From: Patescibacteria group bacterium | GTDB lineage: Bacteria > Patescibacteriota > Dojkabacteria > GCA-002793355 | Length of the DNA stretch: 64,000 nucleotides | Direction of reading: 5' to 3' | NCBI GenBank assembly: GCA_016860985.1 | Contig: BOKM01000001.1 | Span: forward strand, 591,462-655,461 | Shown: positions 61,604-64,000 of the stretch, in pieces | How the letters are laid out: each line of letters opens with the position of its first letter | Position numbering within the stretch: position 1 is the stretch's first letter | Made by a program: the position numbers and the translations under genes | Notes under the pieces: generated by a model | Database searches by the model: none | What the model saw: the letters and a program-made list of their open reading frames with translations, nothing else | Told to the model about the DNA's origin: nothing

Positions 61604-61906
61604 ATGTTCGGACTAGAAAAATTCGGTAAAATGGCTGAAACCGTAAAGCAAGCCAAGCAACAGCAAGATAAAATGAAAGCAATTCAGGTATTCGGCGAAT
61701 CAAGGAATCACTTGGTAAAAATTCACCTGAATGGGCTGCAAGAACTTGTCAGTATTAGTATTGATGAGTCACTTTTGTCTCCAGCTAAAGCGAAAGATTT
61801 GAAAAACGATATTATGGCCGCGTATAAGGATGCCCAACAAAAACTTCAAAAAGAGTTAATGAAGGGATTAGACCTTGAGCAGATGAAAAAAATGTTAGGT
61901 ATGTAA
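61604..61906 (+). CDS. ybaB: YbaB/EbfC nucleoid-associated protein
   Basis: GES...LV....NG......I.ID..LL and I.AA..DA, directly upstream of recR. Confidence 0.9.
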   Translation: MFGLEKFGKMAETVKQAKQQQDKMKAIQVFGESRNHLVKIHLNGLQELVSISIDESLLSPAKAKDLKNDIMAAYKDAQQKLQKELMKGLDLEQMKKMLGM

Positions 61907-61909
61907 TCC

Positions 61910-62539
61910 ATGGGTGTTATACCTAAAACGCTCAAGACCCTTACACTAGAGTTACAGCGACTTCCTGGAATTGGTCCAAAATCTGCCAGAAGAATTGCAT
62001 ATTTTCTTTTTACGCTCCCACAAGATCGGTTGAGTTTTTTGGGCGAGTCGTTTCATAACCTGAAAAAAAATGTCACGGTTTGTACGTTTTGTCATATGCT
62101 TGCAGACACAAACCCTTGTGATATCTGTGGCGATGCAACAAGAGAAGTAAAAACACTGTGTGTTGTTGCAGATCATATGGATGTGTATGCAATTGAACGA
62201 ACTGCAGGATATAAAGGTATGTATTATGTATTGGGTGGCTTACTTTCTCCTGTAAAAGGTCACGGACCAGAAGAGGTTGATACAAAAGGGCTGCTTAAAA
62301 GAATTGCACAGTTAAAAAAACTTCAGCGTGGTGGTGAAAAGTTAGAAGTTATCTTTGCTTTAAGTCCAACGACCGAGGGGCAAACCACATCCCTATATAT
62401 GCGGGAAGAAATTCGAAATGAATTTGGTGAGGATGTCTCGCTTTCCAAGGTAGCAGTTGGTATTTCTGTCGGCACTGATATCGATTATGTCGATACGTAC
62501 ACACTTCAAGAGGCATTGAAAGGAAGAGGCTCCCTGTAA
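61910..62539 (+). CDS. recR: Recombination mediator RecR
   Basis: LPGIGPKSA.R, C4 zinc finger, YYVLGG.LSP and EG..T Toprim domain. Confidence 0.97.
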   Translation: MGVIPKTLKTLTLELQRLPGIGPKSARRIAYFLFTLPQDRLSFLGESFHNLKKNVTVCTFCHMLADTNPCDICGDATREVKTLCVVADHMDVYAIERTAGYKGMYYVLGGLLSPVKGHGPEEVDTKGLLKRIAQLKKLQRGGEKLEVIFALSPTTEGQTTSLYMREEIRNEFGEDVSLSKVAVGISVGTDIDYVDTYTLQEALKGRGSL

Positions 62540-62611
62540 TATTTAGCAATCTTATTTGAGGCTGCTTTTACTTGCGTGAATTGTCGTATGTTGTTATACT
62601 GAAAACGAAAT

Positions 62612-63544
62612 ATGACACTGCTCACCCCCGCCGTGCTTCACTGCTCGGCTTTAGAATATGTAAAGTCCCAAGATAAGGCCTTTCACAGGCGATATATTGT
62701 CCAGTTCGCACTGATGCAGGGGCTTTGGGGGGTTATCCTTTGGATACTTGCAATGGTGTTTATTGCTTTTCCCATGGCGAATGAACTTCGTCAGACGTCT
62801 GAAAAAATCCTTACTAACGCCAATTTCTCAAGTGTCACCATAAAAGATGGAAAAGCGACAGTGGATATTAAGCCTTTGATCTGGCCATTTACCATCAGTG
62901 ATTCAGAAAGAGAACGTGTAGAGTTTGTGGTCGATACAACAGGCCATATGAATAAATTTTACTGGGATGACAGAGTCGAGAAGGGCCAAATCAAGCAAAT
63001 CAACGGAGTAGGTATTACACCAGAGTATATCTTTGCCAAAAAAGGAACGTGGATGAAGAAGATGTACTTTAAGAATATGTGCGCGGGATGCGAGGTGACG
63101 TTTACAAAACAACAGGCATATGAAAAATCGATGAATATGTTGTCTTCTGGGACAATGTTGCGTATCGCACTTTATGCTATACCTTTAGTTTTTGCAGTGT
63201 TCACACTAATCGGAGCGATTTTGCACATTATATTTATTCTCGTTGTTGGTGCTATATTAAAAGTGCTCACGAGGAATTTTGTTGCTACCAAAGGTGGTCG
63301 ATACAAAATCGCCTCTGCTTTGTATGTTGGGTGGGCGTATGTGATGGTGCTTTCGCTTATTAGTCAGAAAATACTATTGTTAACGCTTGGAGATGCCTCT
63401 CGCTTCTTTATGGTTGTTGAGACGGTTATATTTATGACGCTCGTTTTTATTGGGTACCTTTGCATCGGTTCATTTGAAAAGAATATTCATGAGTTGCCAA
63501 TTACTAAAGTGAGACGAATGGGGTATGACAAAAAGAGACGCTAG
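62612..63544 (+). CDS. Membrane protein (DUF1189-like topology)
   Basis: One N-terminal TM, an extracytoplasmic domain (F....IKDGK...FVVDTTG) and 3-4 C-terminal TMs. Confidence 0.55.
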   Translation: MTLLTPAVLHCSALEYVKSQDKAFHRRYIVQFALMQGLWGVILWILAMVFIAFPMANELRQTSEKILTNANFSSVTIKDGKATVDIKPLIWPFTISDSERERVEFVVDTTGHMNKFYWDDRVEKGQIKQINGVGITPEYIFAKKGTWMKKMYFKNMCAGCEVTFTKQQAYEKSMNMLSSGTMLRIALYAIPLVFAVFTLIGAILHIIFILVVGAILKVLTRNFVATKGGRYKIASALYVGWAYVMVLSLISQKILLLTLGDASRFFMVVETVIFMTLVFIGYLCIGSFEKNIHELPITKVRRMGYDKKRR

Positions 63545-63545
63545 A

Positions 63546-64000
63546 ATGTGGGAGAAAAGGGCATCAGTTATGAATGTGCTCGGAACGGTATACACAGTTT
63601 CTTTGAGCTTTTTTGTTGTACTCTCAATGATGTTCGTTACGCTTGCCAAACAATTGCAAGAGCCGCAATACACAGAGGCAGCAGCTTGTTCTCTTCCAGC
63701 AACAATTACAACAACAATTGAATTAACACCTGAAAGCTCAGACAATATAATTGATTGTTCGGGGCAAGATATCACAGTTACTTCAACCGGAAAATTAATC
63801 ATTAAAAGTTATACTGCTGCAGATTCAAGCACCTCAAATGATGTTGGTGTTGTGCTAAAAGTTGCCAATCTTACCATCGATGCAGGTGGAGAGGTTTCTG
63901 CAGATGGCCAAGGATATATTCCAAGTGCGGTTGATGGTGGAAGCGCTGTCGCATCGACAGGAGTGGCTGCAGGTTCTGGTGGTGGTCATGGTGGTGCAGG
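63546..64000 (+). CDS. N-terminus of another glycine-rich secreted protein, partial
   Basis: Open from ATG 63546 to the window end: TM/signal, then ANLTIDAGGEVSADGQGY...AGSGGGHGGA, the same repeat type as 52835-57604. Confidence 0.8.
   Translation, partial: MWEKRASVMNVLGTVYTVSLSFFVVLSMMFVTLAKQLQEPQYTEAAACSLPATITTTIELTPESSDNIIDCSGQDITVTSTGKLIIKSYTAADSSTSNDVGVVLKVANLTIDAGGEVSADGQGYIPSAVDGGSAVASTGVAAGSGGGHGGA

Overview
This is a 64-kb, gene-dense bacterial window read in the standard genetic code. It is most consistent with a Patescibacteria/CPR genome. That is inferred from very divergent rRNAs, short stand-alone ComEC, giant secreted proteins, almost no metabolic genes and rare Shine-Dalgarno sites. 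Housekeeping genes include a RelA/SpoT TGS end, fmt, leuS, nfo, comEC, rnpA-yidD-yidC and ybaB-recR. RNA genes are tRNA-Gly(CCC), tRNA-Arg(TCT), a 16S-tRNA(Ile)-tRNA(Ala)-23S operon and a separately promoted 5S gene 10 kb downstream. Main points of interest: (1) a five-gene operon of a 7TM protein, an ATP-grasp ligase fused to an aspartic-type protease, two RimK-like ligases and a GNAT; (2) a three-gene surface locus in which two secreted proteins share one C-terminal module and flank a DUF916/chaperone-like membrane-anchored protein; (3) a 4135-aa modular fibre-like protein with tandem and nested domain duplications; (4) widespread predicted leaderless transcription; (5) substitutions at normally conserved rRNA positions (530 loop, A-loop, sarcin-ricin loop); (6) small structured non-coding elements, namely a tRNA-Arg 3' repeat with a hairpin cassette, a triple-CUUG junction after the 23S and an eroded four-helix-bundle gene in the ITS. 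No CRISPR array, reverse transcriptase, integrase or transposase was seen. All family calls come from motif recognition by eye, not from database searches.
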